Shown here: positions 19,204 through 29,741 of the stretch, piece after piece
Numbering within the stretch: the first letter of the stretch is position 1
Layout of the letters: every line of letters begins with the position of its first letter
Origin: an uncultured Gemmatimonadales bacterium
Lineage (GTDB): Bacteria; Gemmatimonadota; Gemmatimonadetes; Palauibacterales; Palauibacteraceae
DNA length: 64,000 nt
Reading direction: 5' to 3'
Assembly: GCA_963783385.1 (NCBI GenBank)
Contig: CAWANJ010000006.1
Location: 32,001-96,000 of the forward strand
The notes under the pieces: model-generated
Told to the model about the DNA's origin: nothing
The model's input: only the letters and a program-made list of their open reading frames with translations
Database searches by the model: none
Translations under genes and position numbers: made by a program

Positions 19204-20008
19204 CCGTGCGTTGCGCCAACTGCGGGGCGCTTCTGGCCGGTCCTTTCTGCCACGAGTGCGGGCAGGAGGAATCGCGACGCCTCGACTCGCTGGGGAGCTT
19301 CCTCCGGCACGGCGTCTCGGGACTGCTGCACCTGGACGGGATCACGCTGCGCAGCGTGCACGACCTGCTCTTCCGGCCGGGGAAGCTCACGGCCAACTTT
19401 CTGGGAGGACGCCGGGTTCGCTACGTGCAACCCGTGCAGCTCTACCTGCTCGCCGCCGCCCTCTTCTTCCTCGTGAACTCCTACCATCCCTTCCTTCTCG
19501 TCGACGTGGCCCACCAAGAGATCCGGAGCTCCCTCGGCGCGATGGCGACGGGCGGCACGATCGACCAGGCGCAGCTCGAGGCCCTCTCGGCCCGAGGTAT
19601 CTCCCCCGCCCTGTTCGCCGAGCGGTTTCGGACGATGGCCGGGAGCCTCCTCCCGCTCTTCCTCATCGGCGCGGTCGTGCTGTTCGCCGCTGGCCATCGC
19701 GGCGTTCCAGCCCCGCTCGCCGAAGCCGCTGCTCGGGGCGGCGATCTTCGCCCTGCACTGGACGGCGTTCTTCCTGCTCCTGATGATCGTGGAGCGCGTT
19801 CCGGGCGGGCTGCCGGGCACACGGTCCCTGGTGAACTTCCTCCTCTCGGCCGTGGCCCTGGTGTACCTGGCGGCGGCGCTGCGACGCGTGTATCGCCAGG
19901 CGTGGACGTGGACGGTGCTCAAGGGGCTCGGGCTGTTCCTCGCTGTTCCACGTCTTCCTCGCGCTGTGGGCCGCCGCGGTGATCGTATACGCCTTCCACG
20001 CGATTTGA
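19200..20008 (+). CDS. DUF3667 domain membrane protein (frameshifted ~19690-19730 and ~19945)
   Basis: CANCGALLAGPFCHECGQ zinc ribbon; LLFRPGKLTANFLGGRRVRYVQPVQLYL; TM segments spread over three frames. Confidence 0.8.
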
Positions 20009-20097
20009 GATCCTCGCCCCGAGGGGGCCGTCACGCTCCGGGGGCCGGTCGGGCCGGCGGCGGGCATTTCCGCTGCGGAAGCCCTATCTTTGTTGCC

Positions 20098-20860
20098 ATG
20101 GGTCGACCGACGCTACACCGAGGACGAAGTCACGACGATCTTCGAGCGGGCCGCCGAGGCCCGCCCGGAGGGACGCCGCCGCCTGGCCTCCGGGCAGGAG
20201 GGGCTCACGCTGTCCGACCTCCAGGAGATCGGCCGAGAGGTCGGGATCGCGCCCGAAGCGGTGGCGCAAGCTGCGGCCTCCCTGGATCGGTCCGAGCGCC
20301 CCGCCCGGCGGACCTTCCTCGGCTTCCCGATCGGTGTCGGGCGGTCCCTCGAGCTCGGGCGGCGCCTCACCGAGGAGGAGTGGGAGCGGCTTGTCGTGGA
20401 CCTGCGTGACACGTTCGACGCGCGCGGCCGGGTCCAGGTCGACGGCAATTTCCGGCAGTGGACGAACGGCAACCTCCAGGCCCTCCTCGAACCGACGCCC
20501 GGGGGCCAGCGGCTTCGGCTCCGCACCTACCGGGAGAACTCGCGCATGCTCATGCTGGCCGGGCTGGGCCTGGGCGGCCTCGGCACGGCCGCCGCTATCG
20601 CGCGCTTTCTGACCGCGGGGCTCGACCCGGCGGTCCTGGCACGCGTGAGCCCGCTGCTCATGATCGGCCTCGGGCTTCTGGGCCTGGGCGCCATCCGGCT
20701 TCCCGGCTGGGCCCGTCTGCGGGGACGGCAGATGGACGGAGTTCTCTCCCGGGTCGCCGCCATGGTCTCCGGGAGGCCGAGAGACCTTCCTCCGGGCGAG
20801 GATCCGGAGGGCGACGAGGTCCCGGCTCCGGGCGAAGGTCCGGCGCTGGACCGCACCTGA
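20098..20860 (+). CDS. hypothetical membrane protein
   Basis: RRYTEDEVTTIFERAAE and GLTLSDLQEIGREVGI motifs; 2 C-terminal TM segments. ATG 20098 is one base out of frame (likely an extra G). Confidence 0.75.
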
Positions 20861-20907
20861 CGCCGGAACCGGGCGGCACGTCCGGCCATCCCGGGTCACC
20901 GCATCGG

Positions 20908-21537
20908 ATGCCGGACGTTCCCGTGTCCCCTACGTCCCCCGTCACGATCGTCAACGTGGGGTACCGCTCGACCAACTACTGGGTGGTGAGCGCCGGGCGC
21001 TCCCGGCTCCTGGTGGACCTCGGGTGGCCGGGCACGTTCGGGCGCCTGCGGGCCCGGCTGAGACGAGCGGACGTGCCCCTGGCGGAAATCCGCTACGGCC
21101 TGGCCACGCACTACCACATGGACCACGCGGGACTGGCCGAGGAGCTCAAGCGGGTCGGGGTGCCGCTCCTGGTGCTCGAGCCCCAGGCGCCCGCCATTGC
21201 GCTCATGCAGCGTCACGTGAAGCCGGTGGACGGCTACCTCGAGATCCGTGCGGACGGAAACGTGGTGATCTCCTTCGACGAGAGTCGTGCTTTGCTGGGC
21301 TCCCTGGGCCTCGCGGGGGAGATCGTGCCGACGCCGGGGCACTCGGACGACAGCGTCTCCCTGGTCCTGGACGACGGCTCGGCGTTCACGGGCGACCTCA
21401 CGCGGCCGGACCTGGGCTTCGGGCAGGACGCCGCGGTGGTTCAGGCGAGCTGGCGGCGGCTCCGGACCCTGGGCGCCCGGCGTGTCCACCCGGGGCACGG
21501 GCCGGCTTTCGACCTCGGCGGGGCGGGACCCGCGTGA
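20908..21537 (+). CDS. MBL-fold metallo-hydrolase
   Basis: THYHMDHAG, TPGHSDDS, FTGD and PGHG motifs. Confidence 0.9.
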   Translation: MPDVPVSPTSPVTIVNVGYRSTNYWVVSAGRSRLLVDLGWPGTFGRLRARLRRADVPLAEIRYGLATHYHMDHAGLAEELKRVGVPLLVLEPQAPAIALMQRHVKPVDGYLEIRADGNVVISFDESRALLGSLGLAGEIVPTPGHSDDSVSLVLDDGSAFTGDLTRPDLGFGQDAAVVQASWRRLRTLGARRVHPGHGPAFDLGGAGPA

Positions 21538-21580
21538 ACGTCGGCCGGCCCGCCGATTGCGGGCCTGTCCCGTCCATGCG

Positions 21581-22603
21581 ATGAAGAGGCTGATCCTCGG
21601 GCTCGGCGTCCTCGCGCTCGGCCTCGTGGTCCTCGACCCCCCGGTCGAGCCGAACGCGAAGCGGCGCCGGCGGCGCAACGAGGTCGAGGGACCACCCGGC
21701 GAGGAGACCCCCGTGGACACGGGCACGCGGTTCGAGCTGGCCGAGGACGAGACCCTGGCTGAAGGCGTACTGCGCGCGGCCGCGGCCGAGGCGGGCGCGG
21801 CCGCGGCCGCCCTCGTCTCCGGTGGCAACGACGGGAGCGGGGAAGCCGTCCACGAGGCCCGCAAGCGCATCAAGCGCGCGCGGGCGCTCCTGCGACTGGC
21901 CCGGGGGCACCTCCCCGCGGAGCTGCGCCGCTCCGAGAACGCCCGGCTGCGCGAGGCAGCGCAGCTGCTGTCGGCGCCCCGGGACCGGAAGGTGCTGGCG
22001 CGAACCTCCCGGCGGCTCGTCACCGAGGGAGTGGCGTCCAGCGGGTTTATGCAGCGCGTGGCCGGCGAGATGGAGAGCCGGGACGAGGCGGCGGCGGGCG
22101 AGCCCGACGACGTCGTGGCGGCGGCCCACCTCCTCGCGGAGACGCGGGGCGCCCTCACCTTCACGGAGGCCGCCGATGATGGCTTTCCGGGACGGGGACT
22201 GCGGGGGAGCTACGGCGGAGGCCGGAAGGCCATGCGCACGGCACGCGAGGACGGGCGGGCGGCTTCCTTCCACGAGTGGCGGAAACGGGCCAAGGACCTC
22301 CGCCATCATCTCGAGTTCCTCTCCTCGATCTGGCCCGGCGTCCTGCCGGCCCTGGAGGCGGACCTGCACCGTCTCACCGACCACCTGGGCGACGCCAACG
22401 ACCTGGCCGTGCTGGCGAGGGCGGTCGAGGCGATGCCCGTGTCCCCCGACGAGGAGCCGGTGCGCGGTGCCCTCCTCGACCGGCTGGCGGAGCTGCGCGA
22501 GACGCGCTGGAAGAAGGCGTTCGGGGCGGGTGCCCGACTGTACGCCGAGAAGCCCGACGCGTTCGTCGCGCTGATGAAGGCGTGCTGGAAGACGACGCGC
22601 TAA
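21581..22603 (+). CDS. CHAD domain (polyphosphate-binding) protein; true start may be GTG 21713
   Basis: EAVHEARKRIKRARALLRL, FHEWRKRAKDLRH and LGDANDL motifs. Confidence 0.9.
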   Translation: MKRLILGLGVLALGLVVLDPPVEPNAKRRRRRNEVEGPPGEETPVDTGTRFELAEDETLAEGVLRAAAAEAGAAAAALVSGGNDGSGEAVHEARKRIKRARALLRLARGHLPAELRRSENARLREAAQLLSAPRDRKVLARTSRRLVTEGVASSGFMQRVAGEMESRDEAAAGEPDDVVAAAHLLAETRGALTFTEAADDGFPGRGLRGSYGGGRKAMRTAREDGRAASFHEWRKRAKDLRHHLEFLSSIWPGVLPALEADLHRLTDHLGDANDLAVLARAVEAMPVSPDEEPVRGALLDRLAELRETRWKKAFGAGARLYAEKPDAFVALMKACWKTTR

Positions 22604-22614
22604 AGGGAGGCAAC

Positions 22615-23614
22615 ATGAACGGAGCCCCATCGTTCAGGATCGCCGCCGTCCAGGCGGCCCCGGTGTTCTTGGACCTCGAGCGAACGATCGACAAGGCCTG
22701 CGCCCTGATCGATCGGACCGCCGCGGAGGGCGCCGACCTGGTCGTGTTCCCGGAGGCCTTCGTCCCGGCCTACCCCGTGTGGGTATGGTTCATCCCGTCG
22801 GGTAAGACCCATCGGCTCCGGGCACTCTACGCCGAGCTTCACCGCAACTCGATCACGATCCCCGGTCCGGCCACCCGCCGTCTGGGGGAGGCGGCCGCAC
22901 AGGCCGGTGTGATCGTGGCGATCGGCGTGAACGAGCGGGACCCGGAGGCCGGCGCGGGAACGCTCTACAACACGCTGCTCCTGCTGGGCAGGGACGGCTC
23001 CATCCTGGGCCGGCACCGGAAGCTCATCCCGACGTCGGGCGAGCGGCTCGTGTGGGGAAGGGGCGACGGGAGCGACCTGGAGGTGGTGGACGCGGGCTTC
23101 GCGCGCATCGGGGGGCTCATCTGCTGGGAGAACTACATGCCGCTGGCCCGGCAAACCCTGTACGCATGGGGCGAGCAGGTCCACCTCGCCCCGACCTGGG
23201 ACCACGGGCGAGCCCTGGCTGTCCAGCATGCGGCACATCGCCAAGGAGTCCCGCTGCGTGGTGGTCGGCTGCTGCCAGGCCCTGCGGGCCGAGGACATCC
23301 CCGATCGGCTGGGGCTCGACGAGGACATCCCGGCCGACGACGACGGGTGGATCAACCCCGGGGACAGCGTGATCGTGGACCCGGACGGCAAGCTCCTGGC
23401 GGGCCCGGCCCACGCGGAGGAGACGATCCTGTACGCGGACGTCGAAGCCGACCAGCTCGTGGCTCCCCGCTGGCAACTCGACGTGGCCGGTCATTACTCG
23501 CGCCCCGACGTGTTCGAGCTCCGGTTTCACGGGCGGGCGACCCCGCAGGTCCATAGGGTCACCGGGCTCGAGGAGGTCGAGCCCCCGGACGCCGAGACCG
23601 CGGAGGACGCGTGA
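22615..23614 (+). CDS. nitrilase (carbon-nitrogen hydrolase), frameshift ~23207
   Basis: Catalytic E-K-C in FPEAF, HRKLIPT and ICWENYMP; C-terminal DVAGHYSRPDVF in the second frame. Confidence 0.9.
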
Positions 23615-23925
23615 TCCTGAGGACGTGGCGTGGCTGGACCCGGCGCGATGACGCCGATCGCTACTTCGAGTACCTGGCGAACACGGGCGTGAGGGACATC
23701 GAGACCACGCCCGGCAACCGGGGCGTGCTGCTCGTGCGCCGGGAGGTGGGTGGCCGTACCGAGTTCCTGTTCACGAGCCTGTGGGACTCGCTCGAGGCCG
23801 TGAAGGGCTTCGCCGGCCCCGACCCGGAGCGGGCCGTGTTCTACCCCGACGACGACGCCTTCCTGGTTGAGAAGGACGAGCATATCGACCACTGGGAGGT
23901 GCTGCGGGCACCGCCGGAGATATAG
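23611..23925 (+). CDS. ABM (antibiotic biosynthesis monooxygenase)-like protein
   Basis: MILRTWRGWT, PGNRG and SLWDSLEAVKGFAG..AVFYPDD motifs; GTGA overlap. Confidence 0.85.
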   Translation: MILRTWRGWTRRDDADRYFEYLANTGVRDIETTPGNRGVLLVRREVGGRTEFLFTSLWDSLEAVKGFAGPDPERAVFYPDDDAFLVEKDEHIDHWEVLRAPPEI

Positions 23926-23984
23926 TGTGAAGGGCATCGGGCCCGTCCCGGCGCGCGACCCGACGGCCCGCCGGAGCAGATCGA

Positions 23985-24503
23985 GTGGCGCGGGCGACTG
24001 ACGACCGGGCGAAGTGGTGGCCGGGCCCCCGCCCGGTGATCTTCGCGCTGGCGGTGGGCTGCCTGGTCACCTTCCTCGCCTTCGACCTGGTCATGCAGGA
24101 CTCCGTGCCGCTCACGGGAGGGCTGGCGGCCGTGCTGGGCGGCGCCGTGTCCCTCCCCGGAGAAGCCGCAGAGGAGACCTCGGACGTGGTCGCGGCGGTC
24201 GACTTCGCGCGGAACCACAGACTGCGCCTGGTGGTGAAGGGAGGCGGCCACAGCTACCAGGATCGTTCGTGCTCGCCGGACTCGCTCCTCGTTTGGACGC
24301 GCGAGATGCGCGACATCGCCCTGCACGATTCCGAGAGCGACTTCTTCCAGCGCGACTGGCAGACGGCGTTCTGGGGTGCCAACTATCCCCGCTTCGCCGC
24401 GGCGAAGCGCAGGTACGATCCCGAGGGGCTCTTCTACATCCATCACGGCGTGGGGAGCGAGGCGTGGAGCGCCGATGGCTTCACACCGAAGACAGGGAGA
24501 TGA
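23985..24503 (+). pseudogene. collapsed FAD-binding (berberine-bridge-enzyme-like) oxidoreductase
   Basis: The FAD-site AVDFARNHRLRLVVKGGGHSY is fused in frame to the BBE C-terminus FWGANYPRFAAAKRRYDP; most of the enzyme is absent. Confidence 0.75.
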
Positions 24504-25018
24504 GCATGGATACGGTCGGCCGGGCGTTCATCGAGCGATCCAGGGCGTTCCTTACTTCGGAGTACATCCCCAGGATCCGCGGCTGCCTCCGCGAGCTCCC
24601 GGAGGGAGACCTCTGGTGGCGTCCGAACGCACAGTCCAACAGCGTCGGCAACCTCCTCCTCCACCTGTCCGGCAACGTCCGCCAGTGGATCGTGAGCGGA
24701 GTCGGGGGCGAGCCCGACGAGCGGGAGCGCCACGCCGAGTTCGAGGCCGAAGGGGGCCGGGACCGGGCGGAGCTGCTGGCCCTGCTGGAACGCACCGTGA
24801 CGGAAGCCGACCGTGTCCTGTCCAAGCTGGAACCCGAAGAGCTCCTCGAGCGTCGCGTGATCCAGGGGACCCGCACGACGGTACTCGGCGCCGTCTATCA
24901 CGTGGTCGAGCACTTCGGCATGCACACGGGTCAGATCGCCTACATCACGAAGCTGCGGACCGGCACCGACCTGGGCTTCTACGAGGTCGAGGACGGGGTG
25001 GCGCACCCGAGATGGTGA
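24500..25018 (+). CDS. DinB/DUF1572 family protein
   Basis: NSVGNLLLHLSGNVRQWI, RERHAEF and HVVEHFGMHTGQI motifs. Confidence 0.9.
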   Translation: MSMDTVGRAFIERSRAFLTSEYIPRIRGCLRELPEGDLWWRPNAQSNSVGNLLLHLSGNVRQWIVSGVGGEPDERERHAEFEAEGGRDRAELLALLERTVTEADRVLSKLEPEELLERRVIQGTRTTVLGAVYHVVEHFGMHTGQIAYITKLRTGTDLGFYEVEDGVAHPRW

Positions 25019-25028
25019 GGGGGCCGGC

Positions 25029-25371
25029 GTGAGATACCACCACGTGGGCATCCCGACCTCAGAGGTCCGGCCAGCGAGAGACGCACCTTCCGGAGCTGGG
25101 GATGTACGTCTCGGGTTACGAGACCAGCGAGTTCGGCGTCGAGTGGATGCGGTTCGAGGCCGACAGCCCGGTGCCCCTCCTGGTCCGCACCGTGCCGCAC
25201 GTGGCCTTCGAGGTCGAGGACCTGGAGGCCGCGATCGAGGGCCGGGAGGTCCTCATCGAGCCCAACTCCCCCTCCGACGGCGTGCGCGTCGCCTTCGTGG
25301 TCGAGAACGGCGCCCCCGTGGAGTTCATCGAGATCGGGGGGCCGTCCGCGCCGCGTCCGGAAGGACGCTGA
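25029..25371 (+). CDS. small VOC-like protein (frameshift ~25075-25090)
   Basis: MRYHHVGIPT in one frame; VPHVAFEVEDLEAA ... NGAPVEFIE in another. Confidence 0.8.
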
Positions 25372-25372
25372 G

Positions 25373-25912
25373 GTGTCCCGTATCGCGGCGTTCCTGCGCG
25401 GCATCAACCTGGGCGGCCGACGGGTGAACAACGACGCGCTCGGCGAGGCGTTCGAGGACTATGGCCTCGAGAAGGTGGCCACCTTCCTGGCCAGCGGCAA
25501 TGTCGTGTTCGCCGATCCGGACTCGGACCGGGACGCGCTCGAGGGAGCGCTGGAGGCGCACCTTGAGGGCGCGCTCGGCTTCCCGGTCCGCGTCTTCCTC
25601 CGCCCCCTGGCTCGGCTGGAGGCGCTCACCCGGATCGAGCCGGTGATCGGCGCCGACGAGGCGGGCTTCACGCCCCACGTCGCGTTCCTGCGGCGCGAGG
25701 CGAGCGAGGAGGTCCGTACGGCGCTCGCCGCGCTGGAGGGGCCCGACGACCGTTTCCACGTGACGGGCGCCGAGGTGGTCTGGCTGAGGCGGGGCCGCAT
25801 GACGGACTCGGCCATCACCACGCGGGAGCTGGAACAGGCGCTGGGCGGGCCGGAGAACACCATGAGGAACCTGAACACGGTGCGGCGACTGGTCGCGAAG
25901 TTCGGGAGCTGA
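25373..25912 (+). CDS. DUF1697 domain protein
   Basis: AFLRGINLGG, VATFLASGNVVF and TMRNLNTV motifs. Confidence 0.9.
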   Translation: MSRIAAFLRGINLGGRRVNNDALGEAFEDYGLEKVATFLASGNVVFADPDSDRDALEGALEAHLEGALGFPVRVFLRPLARLEALTRIEPVIGADEAGFTPHVAFLRREASEEVRTALAALEGPDDRFHVTGAEVVWLRRGRMTDSAITTRELEQALGGPENTMRNLNTVRRLVAKFGS

Positions 25913-25921
25913 GGAGGACGC

Positions 25922-26281
25922 GTGTCGGAGAAGATCGACCTGGCGGCGAAGCTGGCCCTGTTCGACGAGCCGTGGCAGCCTCGCATCGTGGCCCGCCTGA
26001 ACGACTACAAGGTCATGGTCGTCAAGATAAGGGGCGAGTTCGTGTGGCACCGTCACGAGGAGACGGACGACTTCTTCCTGGTGATCGACGGCCACCTGAC
26101 GATCCAGCTCCGCGACCGCGACATCGAGCTGGGGCCGGGCGAGCTGTTCGTGGTTCCGCGCGGGGTGGAGCACCGACCGGTCAGCGCCGAGGGGGCCTCC
26201 GTCCTGCTCATCGAGCCCGAGGACACCGTGAACACCGGCGACGCCGGCGGTCCCCTGACGAGCGAGGCGCGGGAGATCTGA
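25922..26281 (+). CDS. cupin domain protein
   Basis: GEFVWHRHEETDDFF and PGELFVVPRGVEHRP motifs. Confidence 0.9.
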   Translation: MSEKIDLAAKLALFDEPWQPRIVARLNDYKVMVVKIRGEFVWHRHEETDDFFLVIDGHLTIQLRDRDIELGPGELFVVPRGVEHRPVSAEGASVLLIEPEDTVNTGDAGGPLTSEAREI

Positions 26282-26349
26282 GGCGTGAAGATCGAGGTCG
26301 TCCTTGAGGATCAGGTCGTCGCGGTCGCGCGCCGAATCCAGGTCTTCCA

Positions 26350-26475
26350 GGATGCTCTCAGCCTGATCGTCCTGGTGCCGGCCGCGTGGGCGCGGTGCTC
26401 GACTCGCTGTTCCGCCCGGATCTGGCCCAGGCGGACGAGATCACGCTGGAGCGGCACCGGGCGCGGTCCAGCGCT
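26350..26475 (+). pseudogene. possible C-terminal remnant of a cardiolipin synthase/PLD-family gene
   Basis: SLIVLV../VGAVLDSLFRPDLAQADEITLERHRARS resembles the Cls C-terminus (xxLxxxFxxDLxxSxEITLExxxxR). No HKD motifs are present. Confidence 0.4.
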
Positions 26476-27470
26476 CAGACGACGGAGAGCGTCCGCACCG
26501 GGGGCAGCGCCCCCGCCACGTACACCCACCCGCCGTCGTCCTCCAGCGCGAAATGGATCTCTCCGCCGCTGGTACCGGCGAAGAAGCTCTCCGGGCCCTC
26601 GAGGTCGAAGGCGAGGGCCGTGATTCCGTGCCGGACCCCGCGGTGGTCCCATAGCGCCTTCTCGGACCAGCTGTTGGCGCCGTTGCGGCTCAGGAACAGG
26701 CGCGGCGCGGCCCCGGCCTCGCCCTCTCCCCACGAGCCGGCCGGACCCGCGGCGGTGGCCAGCAGCATCGCCGGGCCGTCGCGCTCGGGGTCCTCGGGCG
26801 ACAGCCGCATGGTCGTGCAGTAGGCGGGGCCGATCGGGGGCCGCGGCGCGATCCACTCCTCGCCGCGCTCCTGGCTCACGTACAGCCCGCCGCCCGTGGC
26901 CGCGTACAGGCGCCCGGTACGAATCGGGTCGGCCTCGAGCACGTGGACGTCCTCGTAGAGGCCGTCGTGGATGGGCCGCCACGTGCGACCGCCGTCCTCG
27001 CTGCGGTAGGCGCCGCCCACCTCGACTCCGGCGTACAGGCGCTCCTCGTCGAGCGGATCGGGAGCCAGCGTCTGCACGTGCGGCTGACGGTCGCCATACG
27101 CCTTCCAGGCCTCGCCCTGCTGGAGAGCGGCGAAGCGCTCCATCGCCTCCCAACTCCCGCCTCCGTCGGTCGAGATGAACACGCCCGCCGGCTCGACGCC
27201 GACGTACAGCACCTCGCCCCGATGCCGACCCGAGACGGCCCGGACGGGCCGCTGCTCCGGAACGCGGAAGCGGGGCGCCCAGCTCTCGCCCCGGTCCCGC
27301 GACACGTATAGTCTCCCGGTCTCGGTCCCGCAGAACACGGCACCCTCGGTGGCCCAGGCGCAGGTCACCGAATGCCCCTGCATCGCCTCCACCTTGAGCT
27401 GGGCCCGGCGCTCGCCGGCCAGCCACCTGTAGACCCGCACTCCCTCGGGCGTCCCCACGATCAGCCGCAT
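26475..27470 (-). CDS. BNR/WD40-YVTN repeat beta-propeller protein
   Basis: Repeated S-x-D-x-G-x-(S/T)W Asp boxes. Confidence 0.9.
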   Translation of the reverse strand: MRLIVGTPEGVRVYRWLAGERRAQLKVEAMQGHSVTCAWATEGAVFCGTETGRLYVSRDRGESWAPRFRVPEQRPVRAVSGRHRGEVLYVGVEPAGVFISTDGGGSWEAMERFAALQQGEAWKAYGDRQPHVQTLAPDPLDEERLYAGVEVGGAYRSEDGGRTWRPIHDGLYEDVHVLEADPIRTGRLYAATGGGLYVSQERGEEWIAPRPPIGPAYCTTMRLSPEDPERDGPAMLLATAAGPAGSWGEGEAGAAPRLFLSRNGANSWSEKALWDHRGVRHGITALAFDLEGPESFFAGTSGGEIHFALEDDGGWVYVAGALPPVRTLSVV

Positions 27471-27546
27471 GCGACGTCCCCTGGTTCGTTGATGTACGGA
27501 TGCATCCTGCTATGAACTGCGCGAGCGTGACGGGACGGCGGGCGCC

Positions 27547-28944
27547 CTAGGGGATGCCCGGCTCCGTCATGGCGCGGAAGTCCAGAATCCGGTCCAGCTC
27601 CTCCTCTCCGAGGAGGCCCTCCTCCAGGACGATGTCCCGGAGCGTCCTGTCCTCCGCCAGAGACTTCTTGGCGACCTTCGCGGCCCGGTCGTACCCAATC
27701 TCGGGCGCGAGCGCCGTGGCCAGCGCGGCCGTGGACTCGGCGTTCCGGCGGCAGCGCGCCCCGTTGGCCTCGATCCCGACCACGCAGCGGTCGGTGAACT
27801 CGCGGCACACGGAAGCGAGGATCTCGATGGACTCGAGCAGCCCGTGGATCATGACGGGGATCATCACGTTGAGCTCGAAGTTGCCCGACTGCCCACCAAT
27901 GGTGATGGCCGCATCGTTGCCGATCACCTTCGCCGCCACCTGGCACACCGACTCCGCCATGACCGGGTTCACCTTGCCCGGCATGATCGAGGAGCCGGGC
28001 TGCACCGCCGGGAGCGAGATCTCGCCGATCCCGGTCCGCGGGCCCGACGAGAGCCAGCGCAGGTCGTTGGCGATCTTCATGAGGCTCACGGCCAGCGTCT
28101 TGAGCGCGCCGCTCGCCTCGACCAGCGCGTCCCGGCCTCCCTGCGCCTCGAAGTGGTTGTCGGCCTCCCGGAAGGCCGCGCCGGTCATGTCACTGAGCTC
28201 GGCGGCCATCCGGCGGCCGAACTGGGGGTGCGTGTTGATGCCGGTGCCGACCGCCGTGCCGCCGATGGCCAGCTCGCCGAGAGCGTCCCGCAGCCCCTCC
28301 ACGCGGCGGATGCCGTGCGCCACCTGGCTGGCATAGCCCCCGAACTCCTGGCCCAACCGCACCGGCGTCGCGTCCTGCAGGTGGGTGCGGCCGGCCTTCG
28401 GGATCCCGTCGAACTCCCCGGCCTTGTCCTCGAGCGCCCCGCGCAGGTGCTCGAGCGAAGGCAGGAGCTCCTCCTCGATGGCCACCAGGGCCGATACGTG
28501 GGAGGCCGTGGGGATCACGTCGTTGGACGACTGCCCCAGGTTCACGTGGTCGTTGGGGTGGACCGGGTCGCGGGAGCCCACCTGGCCGCCCAGGATCTGG
28601 ATGGCCCGATTGGCGATCACCTCGTTCGCGTTCATGTTCGTCGAGGTCCCCGAGCCGGTCTGGAAGATGTCGACCACGAACTGGTCATCCAGCTTCCCCT
28701 CCATCACCTCGGCCGCAGCCTGCTCGATCGCCCCGGCGCGCCGCCCGTCCAGCAGGCCCAGCTCCCGGTTCACGCGCGCCGCGGCCAGCTTGATGAATCC
28801 CAGGGCGCGCAGGAAGCGGCGGTCGAAGCGCAGACCGCTGATCGGAAAGTTCCGGCGGGCCCGCTCCGTCTGGGCGCCGTAGAGCATTCCGGTCGGAATC
28901 TCCACCTCGCCCATCGAATCGCGCTCGGTCCTCGTCTCGGCCAT
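27547..28944 (-). CDS. fumC: class II fumarate hydratase
   Basis: GSGTSTNMNANEV, GRTHLQDATP and GSSIMPGKVNP motifs. Confidence 0.97.
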   Translation of the reverse strand: MAETRTERDSMGEVEIPTGMLYGAQTERARRNFPISGLRFDRRFLRALGFIKLAAARVNRELGLLDGRRAGAIEQAAAEVMEGKLDDQFVVDIFQTGSGTSTNMNANEVIANRAIQILGGQVGSRDPVHPNDHVNLGQSSNDVIPTASHVSALVAIEEELLPSLEHLRGALEDKAGEFDGIPKAGRTHLQDATPVRLGQEFGGYASQVAHGIRRVEGLRDALGELAIGGTAVGTGINTHPQFGRRMAAELSDMTGAAFREADNHFEAQGGRDALVEASGALKTLAVSLMKIANDLRWLSSGPRTGIGEISLPAVQPGSSIMPGKVNPVMAESVCQVAAKVIGNDAAITIGGQSGNFELNVMIPVMIHGLLESIEILASVCREFTDRCVVGIEANGARCRRNAESTAALATALAPEIGYDRAAKVAKKSLAEDRTLRDIVLEEGLLGEEELDRILDFRAMTEPGIP

Positions 28945-29033
28945 GGCTCCGCCTCGTGCCTTCGGTTCTATCCCTGTCTATGCCTGCGCGGCGGCCGCGC
29001 CTCGCGGGCCGGCGCCGTTCGATCGGGTCGCCC

Positions 29034-29597
29034 TCAGAAGGTGACGTTGTCTCCCGCCTTCACGTCGTGTGCCGCGAACCAGCCCTCCGCCATCTCGAGC
29101 GCGTACATGGCGGGGCGGCTCGACGTGTGGAGATCGTCGCTCTCGGCCTGCATGTGCTGGATGTCGACGATCACGCCCTTCTGGTTCACGAAGGCGATGT
29201 CCAGGGGGATCTTCGTGTTGCGCATCCAGAAGGACAGGGTCTGCTCCTCCGGGTACACGAACAGCATGCCGTGGTCGGGCGGCAGCGAGTCGCGGCTCAT
29301 GAGCCCGCGCGTGCGCGTCTGGTCGTTGTCGGCCACCTCGGCCGTGACGGCGTGTCCGCCCACGGTGAGATGCGCCACCTGCATGCCGGTCGGGGCCACC
29401 GTGTCGGCCGCGGCCGACGCGCCCGTCGAACCGGACGTGGCGGCCGACCGGGTCGCCCCGGCCCCGGCTGGCGATCCGCTCGCGGAACCCGCGGGCGCGG
29501 CGTCGGCCGAGCTCGAGCTCCCGCCGCAGGCGGCCAGGAAGGCCACGCCGGCCAGGACCGCCAGCCACGCCGGTGATCGGTTCGAGCGATCGAGCAC
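29034..29597 (-). CDS. DUF192 family lipoprotein
   Basis: Lipobox LAAC; RTRGLMSR..GMLF and FWMRNTKIPLDIAF motifs. Confidence 0.9.
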   Translation of the reverse strand: MLDRSNRSPAWLAVLAGVAFLAACGGSSSSADAAPAGSASGSPAGAGATRSAATSGSTGASAAADTVAPTGMQVAHLTVGGHAVTAEVADNDQTRTRGLMSRDSLPPDHGMLFVYPEEQTLSFWMRNTKIPLDIAFVNQKGVIVDIQHMQAESDDLHTSSRPAMYALEMAEGWFAAHDVKAGDNVTF

Positions 29598-29741
29598 GGG
29601 TCCTCCTCGTCCGGAAGGTGCGGGCCCACTTCGGCCGCTGGAAGTCCGGCCGACTCCGGCGGCATATTCCTTTCACCGGCCCCCTCATGCAAGCACTGCA
29701 AGGCCGACGCCGACGCGGCGGCCCGCCCCCACGAGCCGGAG

